From assembly GCA_964016885.1 (NCBI GenBank), contig OZ024758.1, positions 30,752,001 to 30,816,000 of the forward strand: a DNA stretch of 64,000 nucleotides, in the 5' to 3' direction. This DNA comes from Eledone cirrhosa (Eukaryota). The position numbers and the translations under genes are program-made. The notes below the pieces were generated by a model. The model searched no databases, was not told where the DNA came from, and saw nothing but the letters and a program-made list of their open reading frames with translations. Numbering within the stretch: the stretch's first letter is position 1; each line of letters opens with the position of its first letter. Below, piece after piece: positions 1 through 15,478 of this stretch.

Positions 1-161
1 GTGTATCTGTGTGTGTGTGTGTGTGTGTGTGTTATCTTTTTATGTGTCTACGATTTAGTAAGCAGTCAAAATTCTGCTTGCTTCAACCGACGCAATTGAT
101 GAACTCAAGATTCTATAACGCATGCACTGCATGTGTTGCATGCACGGACCCTTCGTCCCTG

Positions 162-612
162 GTATATATATGTATACATATATGTATGTATATGTATACA
201 TATATGTATGTATATGTATACATATATGTATGTATATGTATACATATATGTATGTATATGTATACATATATGTATGTATATGTATACATATATGTATACA
301 TATATGTATACATATATGTATATATATGTATACATATATGTATACATATATGTATACATATATGTATATATATACATATATGTATGTATATGTATATATA
401 TATGTATACATATATGTATATATATACATATATGTATGTATATGTATATATATATATGTATACATATATGTATATATATATGTATACATATATGTATATA
501 TATACATATATGTATGTATATGTATATATATATATGTAAACATATATGTATACATATATGTATGTATATGTATGCATATATGTATACATATATGTATATA
601 TATACATATATG

Positions 613-649
<37 letters not shown>

Positions 650-835
650 ACATATATGTATACATATATGTATATATATGTAAACATATATGTATACATA
701 TATGTATGTATATGTATACATATATGTATACATATATGTATATATATACATATATGTATGTATATATATCATATATATATATATATGTATACATATATGT
801 ATACATATATGTATACATATATGTATACACATATG
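162..835. repeat. (TA)n-derived microsatellite with palindromic TATGTATACATA higher-order units
   Basis: Direct reading; source of spurious ORFs. Confidence 0.95.
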
Positions 836-1234
836 TGTTCTCAGAAATACATGTGTGAATATATACACATAGGGTTTTGTGTGTGTTCGTGTGTGTATGT
901 CTGTGTGTGTGTGTGTGTTCGTTCATGAGTGTGTATATGTGTATATAACTGAATATTCAAAGTCACTGAAGGGGGATCTTCTGGCGTTGTGGGTCCCAAA
1001 CAGCGACCCTACTTGCTACCCTCCTATGGAGTTGGTCATCCGTACGAGTGAATCACCCCTCCCAGTTGAAATGACTTCCAGCGCTGATATCTTCCGGGGT
1101 AATGTTCTAATCTGTCTGGTGGGACCCTCCGTACGTCGGAGAGGCAGAGCCGATGAGTGGTAAGAGGGTGGCATGTCAACGTTTCATCAACTATTTAGTC
1201 TTGTAACTATTGGTCACGATATCCGTACATATAT

Positions 1235-2060
1235 ACATACACGAGGATTTGAGCGTCTTCACAGACGATTGCCGTCCCTTATTGGTTCTTCATTGTCATC
1301 CCATCCCTCCGTGACTTCGTAGGTGACTTTGTAGGCCAGCTGTAGATCTACCTTGTTTACGACACAGGTGACAGAAGAGAGTTCTAGTTACCACAGGACT
1401 GGTGGTGTCACCCTGTGGGACTTCTAGGTGACTTTGTAGGCCAGCTGTAGATCTACATTGTTTACGACACAGGTGACAGAAGAGAGTTATAATTTCTACA
1501 GGACTGGTGGTGTCACCCTGTAGAACTTCGTAGGTGACGTTGTAGGCCAGCTGTAGATCTACATTGTTTACGACACACAGGTGACAGTAGAGAGTTCTAA
1601 TTACCACAGGACTGGTGGTGTCACCCTGTGGGACTTCTCAGGTGACTGTGTAGGCCAGCTGTAGATCTACATTGTTTACGACACAGGTGACAGAAGAGAG
1701 TTCTAGTTACCACAGGACTGGTGGTGTCACCCTGTGGGACTTCTAGGTGACTTTGTAGGCCAGCTGTAGATCTACCTTGTTTACGACACAGGTGACAGAA
1801 GAGAGTTCTAGTTACCACAGGACTGGTGGTGTCACCCTGTGGGACTTCTAGGTGACTTTGTAGGCCAGCTGTAGATCTACCTTGTTTACGACACAGGTGA
1901 CAGAAGAGAGTTCTAGTTACCACAGGACTGGTGGTGTCACCCTGTGGGACACAATCTTTATGTACCACCACGTGTCTTTTTAGTCTGGAAGTAGTTCTAC
2001 ACACTTTGTTGCATGTCACGCACGTTGTTTCACCAGGTCTTTGTTGAGTGATGTTCCGGC
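1235..2060 (-). mobile_element. RTE-type LINE 3' end with tandemly amplified C-terminal C2H2-like zinc finger
   Basis: Minus-strand translation CNKVCRTTSRLKRHVVVH, then repeated CHLCRKQCRSTAGLQSHL(RSH), resembling RTE ORF C-termini; short 3' UTR into (TATG)n. Confidence 0.65.
1320..1950. repeat. Minisatellite, ~6 x 105 bp (35 codons)
   Basis: AGGTGAC unit starts at 1321, 1426, 1532, 1640, 1745, 1850. Confidence 0.95.
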
Positions 2061-2170
2061 TGGTTTCTCTTTCATGTTATTCTTAGATACATGCATACAC
2101 ACGTGCGTACATATATGCATACATACATACATGCGCACACAAGACACTAATAAGTTCAATTTGTTGTATA

Positions 2171-2207
<37 letters not shown>

Positions 2208-2210
<3 letters not shown>

Positions 2211-2467
2211 GGAGGTGAGTTTTATTGTAGTACAATAAAGCAATGCAGATATCGGACAAGAAGCACTCTACAGTTTGTAGGACTGGAGTATATATAATAT
2301 ATAAGAACAAAAGATGGTTAAAAGAGTTCCATGTATTTTATTATGCGCATTTCAAAAACAAATATCATCATGCAATAATATTTGTGTTTTCATCAGATAA
2401 AACAGGAAGACATGATATGAAGGTTAAAAAACACTTGTGGATAGTGAAGTTTTAAATCAACAATTCT

Positions 2468-2470
<3 letters not shown>
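2208..2470 (-). mobile_element. HHR element family A (non-coding, in (TA)n)
   Basis: Near-identical to 37596-37850 and 55253-55532; flanked by (TA)n. Confidence 0.85.
2332..2404 (-). ncRNA. Hammerhead ribozyme type I (family A)
   Basis: tgttttat-CTGATGA-stem II-GAAA-tgcgca-TA-ataaaata; palindromic stem III. Confidence 0.85.
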
Positions 2471-2519
<49 letters not shown>

Positions 2520-2521
<2 letters not shown>

Positions 2522-2730
2522 CGAAGGAAATGTGGTAAGGAACCAGGTGGACCATAACGCACCAAAGTACTCAATACTTAGGGTAGTAGAGTGGGTAATA
2601 GGAACAAGTAGGACCCCGACGGCTGAGCTCAAGCCGTTTCGACGGCTAATTCTGGACTAAACATTTTTTTAGTCCAGAATTAGCCGTCGAAACGGCTTGA
2701 GCTCAGCCGTCGGGGTCCTACTCGTTCCTA
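2520..2730. mobile_element. Family C asymmetric inverted-repeat element
   Basis: Arms 2599-2661/2668-2730 plus ~78-nt one-sided extension; contains HHR 3' half GAAA-cggct..agccg-TC. Confidence 0.85.
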
Positions 2731-2754
2731 TATATGTATATATATATAAAGTAT

Positions 2755-2786
<32 letters not shown>

Positions 2787-2825
2787 GTATGTATATATAT
2801 ATATATATATATATGTATATGTATG

Positions 2826-2877
<52 letters not shown>

Positions 2878-2919
2878 TGTATATGTATGTATGTATAAGT
2901 ATATATATATATGTATATG

Positions 2920-2975
<56 letters not shown>

Positions 2976-3045
2976 AGTATATATATATAAGTATATATAT
3001 ATATATATATATGTATGTATATATATATAAGTATATATATATAAG

Positions 3046-3085
<40 letters not shown>

Positions 3086-3207
3086 AGTATATATATATAA
3101 GTATATATATATATATGTATATGTATGTATATATATATATGTATATATATATAAGTATATATATATATAAGTATATATATATATGTATATGTATATATAT
3201 ATATATG

Positions 3208-3252
<45 letters not shown>

Positions 3253-3293
3253 GTATATATATATATATGTATATATATGTATATATATATATG

Positions 3294-3340
<47 letters not shown>

Positions 3341-3403
3341 GTATATGTATATATATATATGTATATGTATATATATATATATGTATATATATATATACAT
3401 GTG

Positions 3404-3436
<33 letters not shown>

Positions 3437-3477
3437 GTATATATGTATATATATATATATATATGTGTATATATATA

Positions 3478-3527
<50 letters not shown>

Positions 3528-3647
3528 CTTGTATATATAGATATATATATATGTATATACTTGTATATATATATGTATATATATATATATATATATATGT
3601 ATATACTTGTATATATAGATATATATATATGTATATACTTGTATATA

Positions 3648-3679
<32 letters not shown>

Positions 3680-3727
3680 CTTGTATATATATATGTATAT
3701 ATATATATATATATATACTTGTAAATA

Positions 3728-3784
<57 letters not shown>

Positions 3785-3786
3785 GT
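2731..3786. repeat. (TA)n microsatellite with TG interruptions
   Basis: Direct reading. Confidence 0.95.
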
Positions 3787-6591
<2,805 letters not shown>

Positions 6592-6593
<2 letters not shown>

Positions 6594-7283
6594 AACAATT
6601 AAGTTAAAAATGTACATCTACATATGCATACTGAAATACTAGTGTGCATATGAATACACACACGTATACATATGTAGATGTAACAAGTCTTTCACTGGTT
6701 ACTTTACTGTGAGTAACCCAGCTATTCTGTATGTAAACACACAGACAAACCGGTTTTTAGAGTCATACTGGTTTTCGAGGAAACACCTTTCCTCTATTCT
6801 CCAGAAAGCCAGACAAGGAATATTGAACTAGTTTCGTTATTGTTACAACTCATCAGCAATATTTACCTATCTACCGGCCTTTCTGGAGAATCGTAAAAGC
6901 ACATATCGTTATATGCCTTTTCTATGAAAATTAGTAGTGGCAGACTAATTTGCATAGAGTGTGAGTACGCACCGGTTCAGCGGAGACGATAAAAACAAAT
7001 AACGAAACGAAATTAAATTTCGCTTCGTTTATAACTCACTTTTGTATGACTGACGCTTAAACAATTAAGTTAAAAATGTACATCTACATATGCATACTGA
7101 AATACTAGTGTGCATATGAATACACACACGTATACATATGTAGATGTAACAAGTCTTTCACTGGTTACTTTACTGTGAGTAACCCAGCTATTCTGTATGT
7201 AAACACACAGACAAACCGGTTTTTAGAGTCATACTGGTTTAGAGTCATAATTGTTTAAGCGTCAGTCATACAAAAGTGAGTTA
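6592..7283 (-). mobile_element. Terminally redundant HHR element, 466-nt period
   Basis: Direct repeat 6592-6775 / 7058-7240; short inversion 7249-7283; HHR inside. Confidence 0.8.
6819..6863 (-). ncRNA. Minimal hammerhead ribozyme
   Basis: aatattg-CTGATGA-gttgt aaca ataac-GAAA-ctag-TT-caatatt; perfect 7-bp stem I. Confidence 0.9.
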
Positions 7284-8044
7284 CAGCCTAATTTGCATAT
7301 TGAGTGAGTTAAATCGGTCAGGCATACCGAAAACGATAAATTGAAACAAAATGAAAACGAAATTTCATTTCTCACTCTTAGTATGGCACTTACTTAAATG
7401 TAAGTATGCATGTATACGTACATACATATATGTATACAGACGTACAGTAGCATGCACACATATATATATATATACATATATATATACATATGCATACAGG
7501 TACACATACATATATGCACGTATCAGTTTAGCGGCGCTTATTATAACGTCGCTTTGTTCGTTTGTAAACAAACTGAACAGCCTGAATTTATGCCATACGG
7601 TGTTAAGGCAACCACGTCACCTTTTTGTTCAACACTGACACAGGAACGATGTACTAGTTTCAAGCTTGTTAGCTATCATCAGCACCGTTTACCCATCTGC
7701 CAGATAGTTGAACGTTCGAAAGTATATACTTTCCTTATGAAAATTAACGGCTGAGCAGCCTAATTTGCATATTGAGTGAGTTAAATCGGTCAGGCATCGT
7801 TCCTGTGTCAGTGTTGAACAAAAAGGTGACGTGGTTGCTTTAACACCGTATGGCATAAATTCAGGCTGTTCAGTTTGTTTACAAACGAACAAAGCGACGT
7901 TATAATAAGCGCCGCTAAACTGATACGTGCATATATGTATGTGTACCTGTATGCATATGTATATATATATGTATATATATATATATGTGCATGCTACTGT
8001 ACGTCTGTATACATATATGTATGTACGTATACATGCATACTTAC

Positions 8045-8048
<4 letters not shown>
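7284..8048. mobile_element. Family D HHR element, 472-nt monomer plus inverted arm
   Basis: Repeat at 7284/7756; inverted arm 7795-8048; homolog at 44375-45100. Confidence 0.85.
7645..7689 (-). ncRNA. Minimal hammerhead ribozyme (family D)
   Basis: acggtg-CTGATGA-tagct aaca agctt-GAAA-ctag-TA-catcgt. Confidence 0.85.
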
Positions 8049-8128
<80 letters not shown>

Positions 8129-8548
8129 GAAAAAGTGGAGAATAGCATGTTCAACAGTACAAAAAAGGGGATTTACATGCAGTCTAACAATTGTTTCACT
8201 GATAAAGTTGTCTAAAAATTGCTGAACACTAAAAGCAGTACCACCTACGATTTGAAAACAAATATGTATATAACTGTGTTCGCGTTTCTTTTATATTCTA
8301 TCATAATGTACGGCTCGGAAATATCTCCTTCTTAGAGCTATTTTGTGGTGAGAGACTATTTTGAGTTCTTAACTCAATATATACCTTTGATATATTCGGC
8401 TCCGTTAATTTGTTGAGCTATTTCAAATGTCGAATAAACCTGGCTGCTATTTTTAGTGGTGTAAGTTTGTGAGACACCATGTGCGCTATTATATATAGCA
8501 CACTATTCAGTGACTTAATATATTTAGAAGTGTCTAGGATACTAATTT

Positions 8549-8626
8549 ATCACCCACTGATGAGCTTGAATCGGTAATTCTATTCACAATTAACATTGCG
8601 AAACAACACCAAGTTGTCTGGGTGAT
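8549..8626 (+). ncRNA. Hammerhead ribozyme
   Basis: atcaccca-CTGATGA-gc..gc-GAAA-caac accaa gttg-TC-tgggtgat; GUC site. Confidence 0.85.
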
Positions 8627-8820
8627 TGGTAGTTACCACAATTCCGGTTTGTATTTATTTTCTTGATTTTTTCTTAAATTGAGACAAGCAAACCCAATTG
8701 TCTATAGTTAGTATTCTTTTCACCTTAGCGAATCTGGTCCCTTACGATTTGAACACATATATGTATATATCTGTGTTCGTTTTTCTTTTATATTCTATTA
8801 TTATTATTATTATATATAAA

Positions 8821-9027
8821 GGCGGTGGATTGGTTTAAGGCGGTGGATTGGCAGTATCGGTAGAGGGTCGGACGCCATGCTTTCCAGCATAGTTACGTCC
8901 CTTAACGATCTGAGTTCAAATCTCGCCGAGGTTAACTTTGCCTTTCATCCTTACGGGGTCGATAAAATAAAGTACCAGTAATGCACTGGGTAATTGCTGG
9001 CCTTGTGCCTAAAGTAGAAACAATTAT
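8821..9027 (+). mobile_element. tRNA-derived SINE (octopus-like, Nin-like central domain)
   Basis: A-box-like TGGCAGTATCGG, B-box GTTCAAATC, GCCTTTCATCCTTACGGGGTCGATAAAATAAAGTACC; ~10 copies in window. Confidence 0.9.
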
Positions 9028-9051
9028 TATATATATATATATATATATTTA

Positions 9052-9678
9052 TGTCGGGTCACTCTTGAGTGCTACTGGTAACATGCAACCCAGTACAACC
9101 TGTCGCATGGTCGGGTCGTCGGCGACTAAACCGGCAACCCCACCAAGTTTACTTGGTGAGGAGGGTGATTTTCGACACCCGGCAGGATAAAAAGAAAACC
9201 TGACAAAGGGCGGAAGAACTCATAAAGGTCAACGGCCATCCAAAAGTATGTAAATATGTATATACACATGAACATATGTATGTGTCTGTATATGTGTATA
9301 TACATGGGTGCATGTGTATGTATATGCGCGGGGACATAGAAATAGTCGGGCTGGACACCCGATCGCGCGGTTGAACCACTGGGAGTGAAGGGCCCCTCGC
9401 CTTTCTCAGGGCATTCTTCTAGGAGAAGGCAACTCAAGAAACTGGGATAACTCCGATATAAAACCTGCGGCTCAGTAGTGACCGATGATGTTGATCTTTT
9501 CTTCTTTTCGGGTTATATTTACTGTCGCTCAGAGAGTGGGATTGGCTCAGTGCACAGTCTTTCCTCACTTTAAAAAATATCTTCACGCACAGGCATTGCA
9601 CGAAAGCATTAATTAATAATTATTAATAGTGGTATATCGTGCAATGGCCATACTCGATAACGAGGGGGCAACCATCAT
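9052..9678 (+). mobile_element. Non-autonomous ~630-bp retroelement (possibly RTE-derived)
   Basis: Inverted copy at 42686-43275; 3' piece at 58400-58715. Confidence 0.7.
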
Positions 9679-10156
9679 ATATATATATAAGAGATTAGTA
9701 GTGAAATTTAACCGTCTGCATCACAAATCTACTACACATACATGGACAGCACTATCTAAATTACTTAGCCTCTAACATCAAGTACACTGGAATAGAATTC
9801 GCCCTTTACAAAATGAGTAACAATTCAAACTCCCCATGTATTTGTAATCTTGAATCAATACATACAATAAAAAGACAGTGTCATTTCATTTCTTTAATAA
9901 ATATCTTAATTAAATATTTGCAAGAAACATAGGACCCTCTAGCCTTGATTAATATTTACGTCCGGTTGATTAGGGAATATGTAGGCGTAGATAAATTCGT
10001 GACTTAAAAAGAAGAACTAGTCTGTCGCAAGGAATGTCGTTCTGGTTAATAATTTCGTTTGCAACCACATAGTTCGAGTTCAATCCAGCCGAGCAGTACT
10101 TTGAGTAAATGGCTTCTATCATCAAATTGGGTATATAATTTGGCAGACGTTTTAGA

Positions 10157-10305
10157 GGCGGTGAAGTGGCAGTTAGAACATCGGTTAGAATGCTTTGCAG
10201 TGTTCATTCCGACTTTCTGGTTTCTGAGTTCAAATCCCAACGAAATCAATTTTGCCTTTCACCCATTCAAGGTCGACAAAAAAAGTGCCAATCCAGTACT
10301 GGAGT
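10157..10305 (+). mobile_element. Diverged SINE copy
   Basis: GAGTTCAAATCCC..TTTGCCTTTCACCC..GTCGAC. Confidence 0.8.
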
Positions 10306-10911
10306 GGATACTTCCTGTATATACTTTTCTCACTTCCCTTTTCTCACGTTCTCTCTCCTTCCCTGGAAGAAATCTGCTGTATTCAAACCTGGAGAGGGGA
10401 TGGGCTCCGCCAGGTTTAAAATCTCCATAGAAACACTGTATGCAAATACGGTGTCCCTACGGCTCCCTCAGAAGTTACGAGTCCATACATAGATACACAC
10501 TCTCTGGAAGTATTTGAAATATGTATGTATATATATATTTAAATGTACACACACACGCAGAGAACAGAGATCCAAAACGAATACTGCAAAGCATTTATAT
10601 CCGACGTTCTAACGACTCTGTCAATTCGCCGCCTATTCCATTCTCTACGTTTAAATATATTGTTGAGCAACAGCATACTAGTTTATAATAAAACAAATAT
10701 CTAATTACAATTGCACCAGACATTAATTAGTTTCATATATCTAATATACATTTATAGAGAGGTATTACAAAGTGGTAAACCAATGCATTCTATTTCTATT
10801 AACTCCTCTACTAAAGAGTAATAGACAACAGAAGTATTATTTGATGTCTAGAGTTATTTTTATTAGATATTTACTTCAGTAGCAATAAATATAGATTGGA
10901 TTGGACTCTTA

Positions 10912-11618
10912 TCTGTATATATATAAAGATGACGTTTTCTGTATGTGTGTGTGGACAATTTTTAATGAGGGCTCATATTTTAAACCATTCATGCGATTTC
11001 TTTGAAATTTTTTACAGAGCTTCTCCTTGCACAAAACCTGTACATGATCTACAAGGGCTTTCAAAAATCGATATTGGGGCCTTTGGAGACATTAAAAAGT
11101 TTCGGTTATTTGTGCGAATTTTCGTGATTAAATAAGACAAGAGTTATCGTTAAGTAAGACAAGAGTTATCTTTCGTAATTCGGCTCATTCGGATTTTAAT
11201 TTACTCTTTGTACTTGAAACAAAAGGTACGCTTCCTTGAGACTAACAATATCATTTTGTATATTTCACAACCAGCAATTTCTAACAGATTACTAAGTTAA
11301 CTTATAGATTTGACATTGTATAATTTATCGTTTCAAGCTTGATGTTTATACATTAAGTGATGTCATAACTTTTACAATATTATGCTTTGTACATAATAGT
11401 GTCTATTATTCACTTACTTCTCTATTTCATGATGCCCTTTTACTGTTGTCAAAAAAGACATGGAGTTCACATATTAATTATTTCGCTGGAATAGTGCCTA
11501 AGGTTTTCATGTTTACATAAAGTACGTTTTTCTTCTATGTATTCAAATTTACTTTGTTTACTTTAATGAGGTACATCGAAAGCTACTTGAACCTTCCAAA
11601 GGACGGGTAGTTTAGCTA

Positions 11619-11620
<2 letters not shown>
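10912..11620 (+). mobile_element. Putative non-autonomous Helitron-like element
   Basis: 5' TCTGTATATATATAAAG and 3' ..GGACGGGTAGTTTAGCTAGT; ends only. Confidence 0.4.
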
Positions 11621-11666
<46 letters not shown>

Positions 11667-11670
<4 letters not shown>

Positions 11671-11990
11671 ATGCTTTGGGAGGGTCATGTTGCCAATAAG
11701 AAACACACGCACCAGTTGCTTTCACTCCAATTTATTATAAAGTGCTGTTTTCTGATTTTGTAGGCATGCCCATGTGTGTTTGACACATGGAAATCAAAAA
11801 GGTGCTCAGGGTTGTTGTTGGCAAGATGGTTAACATTTTGTGTGTATTTACCAAGTCAGTTGCCAGACGTTGGAGCTTCAATGTATCCATGCCCAGAGAA
11901 GCAAGGCGTTCAGAGTATGGTAGATGCCTGATGGAGGGCATTTACTTAGTTGCACGTCTCTGAACAGTTTCCAGGAGGTAAATGTTCTAA
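11667..11990 (-). mobile_element. CR1-type LINE ORF2 C-terminal fragment
   Basis: PSIRHLPYSERLASLGMDTLKLQRLATDL; frameshifted THGHAYKI motif. Confidence 0.8.
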
Positions 11991-12557
11991 GCAAATATAT
12001 ATATATAAACAAACATAAATTATCGAGATTCGCATTTCGGCCCACGAAATAACGAAAAACAATCTCCGAGATGTGAGGCAAGTGCTCAATGGTTCAGATG
12101 AACCAGAGCTATAACAAACGTTAAACGCCAAACACACTGAGACGATGGTTAAACAATCATTCGCATAGCCAAAAAAAACGATCAGGTAATTCCGGTATTG
12201 AAAATTTACTCGGACCCCTGGAAGGCTGGTAAAATCCAGTATTTGGGTTTCTGCGGCTCCTAAATCAAGTACCGTCCGCTTACATAAATAATGTCAGGCT
12301 TCTGGTAAGATGATTGAACAAGGAAGCCACTTTCTCAACAGGTTTTAGTTCAATGTTAATACAAGGATTGACTATTGCTGACTCCACGTGGGGATCGACA
12401 AGGGAGGCAGCCCCTATATCAGGCGAATAAATTCAGTTGTGTATATTTTTGCAAGAATGCAAAAACATCACAAATCGAATAGAGTTCTCAACAGAAGGGT
12501 TAAAATTAACATAAGCTATTCATCAGTCAATAGAATCAACTATATATATATATATAT

Positions 12558-12755
12558 AACGAAGGAAATGTGGTAAGGAACCAGGTGGACCATAACGCAC
12601 CAAAGTACTCAATACTTGGGGTAGTAGAGTGGGTAATAGGAACCAGTAAGACCCCGACGGCTGAGCTCAAGCCGTTTCGACGGCTAATTCTGGACTCAGT
12701 CCAGAATTAGCCGTCGAAACGGCTTGAGCTCAGCCGTCGGGGTCTTACTGGTTCC

Positions 12756-12757
<2 letters not shown>
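12558..12757. mobile_element. Family C asymmetric IR element
   Basis: Palindrome 12637-12757 (1-nt centre at 12697) plus extension. Confidence 0.9.
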
Positions 12758-12796
<39 letters not shown>

Positions 12797-13129
12797 ATTT
12801 GATAAAAAAGCCCGCATAAGTAAGTCTTTAGAATAAAAATTCAAAACAGGGAGCTCACAAGACAAAGAGCATGGATAAAAACCTTTAATTTTAGCTATAT
12901 TTTGGGCAATGTTTTTAGTAGTCGACTACTAAAAATATTGCCCAAAATATAGCTAAAATTAACAATATAAATCTCGGAACTAATCATAGGGAGTTAACTC
13001 ATAATCATAATCTTGGAATCACTAATGGAATAAACAACACCTCAATTAGCAACGATTACACCAGCAACATAGACGACGAAAACCTAACGACTTATAGACA
13101 CATAGTGGCATCATTGAATAGTAACGTAA

Positions 13130-13516
13130 TTGTAATTGTAAATAAAAAGTAATTTTTGCCCGTTAAACAATAACTGTCTTGATCGCAATTTAGTTTATAA
13201 ATGCAAAGTTAAAACACAAGATAAGCCCTATAACTATATTGGTGCCGCCTCTTCAACATTTAAAGAAAGATGGCACAACCATCGCCACTCGTTTAAAAGG
13301 GAAGATAAAAGATTTAGTACGGCCCTGTCTGAATTGATTTGATCACTTAAAAATAATAATATCGAATATTCCCTTTCTTGGCAGAAACTTTCTTATAAAA
13401 ATGCTTCTGTATCTAAAAGATGTGACCTCTGTACCGCAGAAATTCTAAATATTTATAATAGGCAATTAATTATTAATAAACGATCTGAAATATTTAGCTC
13501 TTGTCTTGACAGGTTT
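13130..13516 (+). pseudogene. Penelope-like (Naiad-like) GIY-YIG endonuclease fragment
   Basis: Manual translation CPLNNNCLDRNLVYKCKV..YIGAASSTFKERWHNHRHSF..TALSELI*SLK..W..CDLCTAE..INKRSEIFSSC; preceded by palindrome 12887-12961. Confidence 0.8.
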
Positions 13517-13552
13517 TCGAAAACGTTCCATAGAGTGTTTAGTTAAACTAAA

Positions 13553-13740
13553 TAATTGTTTCTACTTTAGGCACAAGGCCAGCAATTATCCAGTGCATTA
13601 CTGGTACTTAATTTTATCGTCCCGTAAGGATGAAAGGCAAAGTCAACCTCGGCAGGATTTGAACTCAGATCGTAAAGGGACGTAACTATGCTGGAAAGCA
13701 TGGCGTCCGACACTCTACCGATACTGCCAATCCACCGCCC
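13553..13740 (-). mobile_element. SINE copy
   Basis: Reverse complement of the 8839-9027 family. Confidence 0.9.
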
Positions 13741-13934
13741 TAGAAACATTACTTATTTAATTTTTTATTATTAGTTAAACTAAATAATAATAAAAAATTA
13801 AATATGTAATGTTTCTTTATATAATTTTAAGCGATTTTATTATGTTTACATAGAAAATAAAGACGAATAGACAAAATAAGTGAACTAATATTTTTTTTTC
13901 ATTATAACCTTTTCATCTACCTTATCATTATTAT

Positions 13935-14122
13935 CGGTGGATTGGCAGTATCGGTAAGGGTCGGACGCCATGCTTTGAAGCATAGAGTTACCTCCCTTTA
14001 TGATCTGAGTTCAAATCCCGCCGAGGTTAACTTTGCCTTTCATCCTTACGGGGTCGATAAAATAAAGTACCAGTAATGCACTGGAATAATTGCTGGCCTT
14101 GTGCCAAAAGTAGAAACAATTA
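13935..14122 (+). mobile_element. SINE copy
   Basis: Same family. Confidence 0.9.
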
Positions 14123-14632
14123 TATAAGTAAATTGAATTTAGTATATAAGTAAATTGAATTTAGTATATAATGATAAACTAGGCTATAATACATACATCT
14201 TTTTTTATAATAATAGTTACACCAATAGTTAATATTTTCCACTATACGTATAATACCTACGTAAATATAATTGTTGAAAGAATAAATTAGGCCACGGTAA
14301 TTGCGTCTCTTCTTTTGAACTAAATGATTCATCCCATAGCATTATAACCATATCAGTTATATAAAAAGCCATACCAATTGTTAAATATTTTCCACTCTTA
14401 TAATACCAATTTAAATTATACATAAACAGATAATTTACCTTTGAATTTTATAATCCTAATTTTTCTTTTTTATTGTTTAGTTAAAATATGATTCTTGCAT
14501 CCTAGAATATTTTTTCTTTGGTATAATATATATATGTGTTGGGTTTTATTTTCTAATTATATGCTCGATTGTCACCGACCTGTCCAACTCGTTTGACCGC
14601 CAGTATATCAAAAGAAACCTGCATCTCCTATG

Positions 14633-14710
14633 CATTTTGCCTGACGAGGACATGTTTTGGATTATGTTATACATAAGCCTTGCATCATCGAAATATATAT
14701 AATAAAATAA
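14633..14710 (+). ncRNA. Degenerate hammerhead ribozyme
   Basis: CTGACGA at 14641, GAAA-tatata-TA at 14690; weak stems. Confidence 0.5.
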
Positions 14711-14864
14711 ATAAATGATATAAAGTAACTATCTTTTGGTTATATATATATATATATATATATATAGTGGTAGAACATTGGAAGGTAATATCCTTCGTGG
14801 TAGAGCACTCAGTCCATGGGACGAGTTAGGTAGAAGTGGTTACACAACAGTTAGTTCACCATCC

Positions 14865-14902
14865 CGAAAACAATTGTTTCACCTTAGCGGATCCTCAGCT
14901 CG
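14865..14902 (-). ncRNA. Minimal hammerhead ribozyme
   Basis: cgag-CTGAGGA-tccgctaaggt-GAAA-caattg-TT-ttcg. Confidence 0.7.
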
Positions 14903-15440
14903 TAATGGACATGGTTATACGGAACAGGAAGGACAACCGTACGAACGCGCATGCGCAGAAACCGTCACTTCATGCAGGAAATACTAAAAAGCGTGTGAGA
15001 GGTGTAAGGGAGATAACTGCGAAAGTTCGAAAAGTTTCTAGTTGGTAAGAATATTAGGATGTTGTTGTGATTCAATCCGGAGCTTTATAGTTGTGTAAGA
15101 GGTGTTTCGAGACGTGTGGACAACGTGTGAAGAATACACTATTGCATAATAACTAATTCATAATCTCTTTAGAGATTATGCAATAGTGATTGCCTAAACA
15201 CGAGAAATGAATTCTTCACACATTGTCCACACGTCTCGAAACACCTCTTACATAACTACAAAGCTCCGGATTGAATCACAACATCCTAATTTTTTTAACA
15301 ACTAGAAACTTTTTGGACTTTCGCAGTTATCTCCCTTAAATCTCTCGCACGCTTTTTAGTATTGCCTGTATGAAGTGACAGTTTCTGCGCATGCGCGTTC
15401 GTACGGTTGTCCTTCCTGTTCCGTATAACCATGTCCATTA

Positions 15441-15478
15441 CGAGCTGAGGATCCGCTAATGTGAAACAATTATTCTCG
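15441..15478 (+). ncRNA. Minimal hammerhead ribozyme (mutated copy)
   Basis: cgag-CTGAGGA-..-GAAA-caatta-TT-ctcg. Confidence 0.6.

Noticed and set aside
879-1163. 94-aa ORF in a GC-richer island
   Set aside because: No recognisable motif or splice support; starts in a TG repeat.
1320-1950. CRISPR-like array
   Set aside because: Whole units are repeated with no unique spacers, there are no cas genes, and the context is eukaryotic.
8839-8930. tRNA gene
   Set aside because: Only A/B-box-like SINE head; no cloverleaf; repeated with SINE body.
12558-12757. Classical MITE or pre-miRNA interpretation of the hairpin elements
   Set aside because: IRs are asymmetric with a one-sided extension, have variable centres and contain HHR parts, which fits retro-insertion better.
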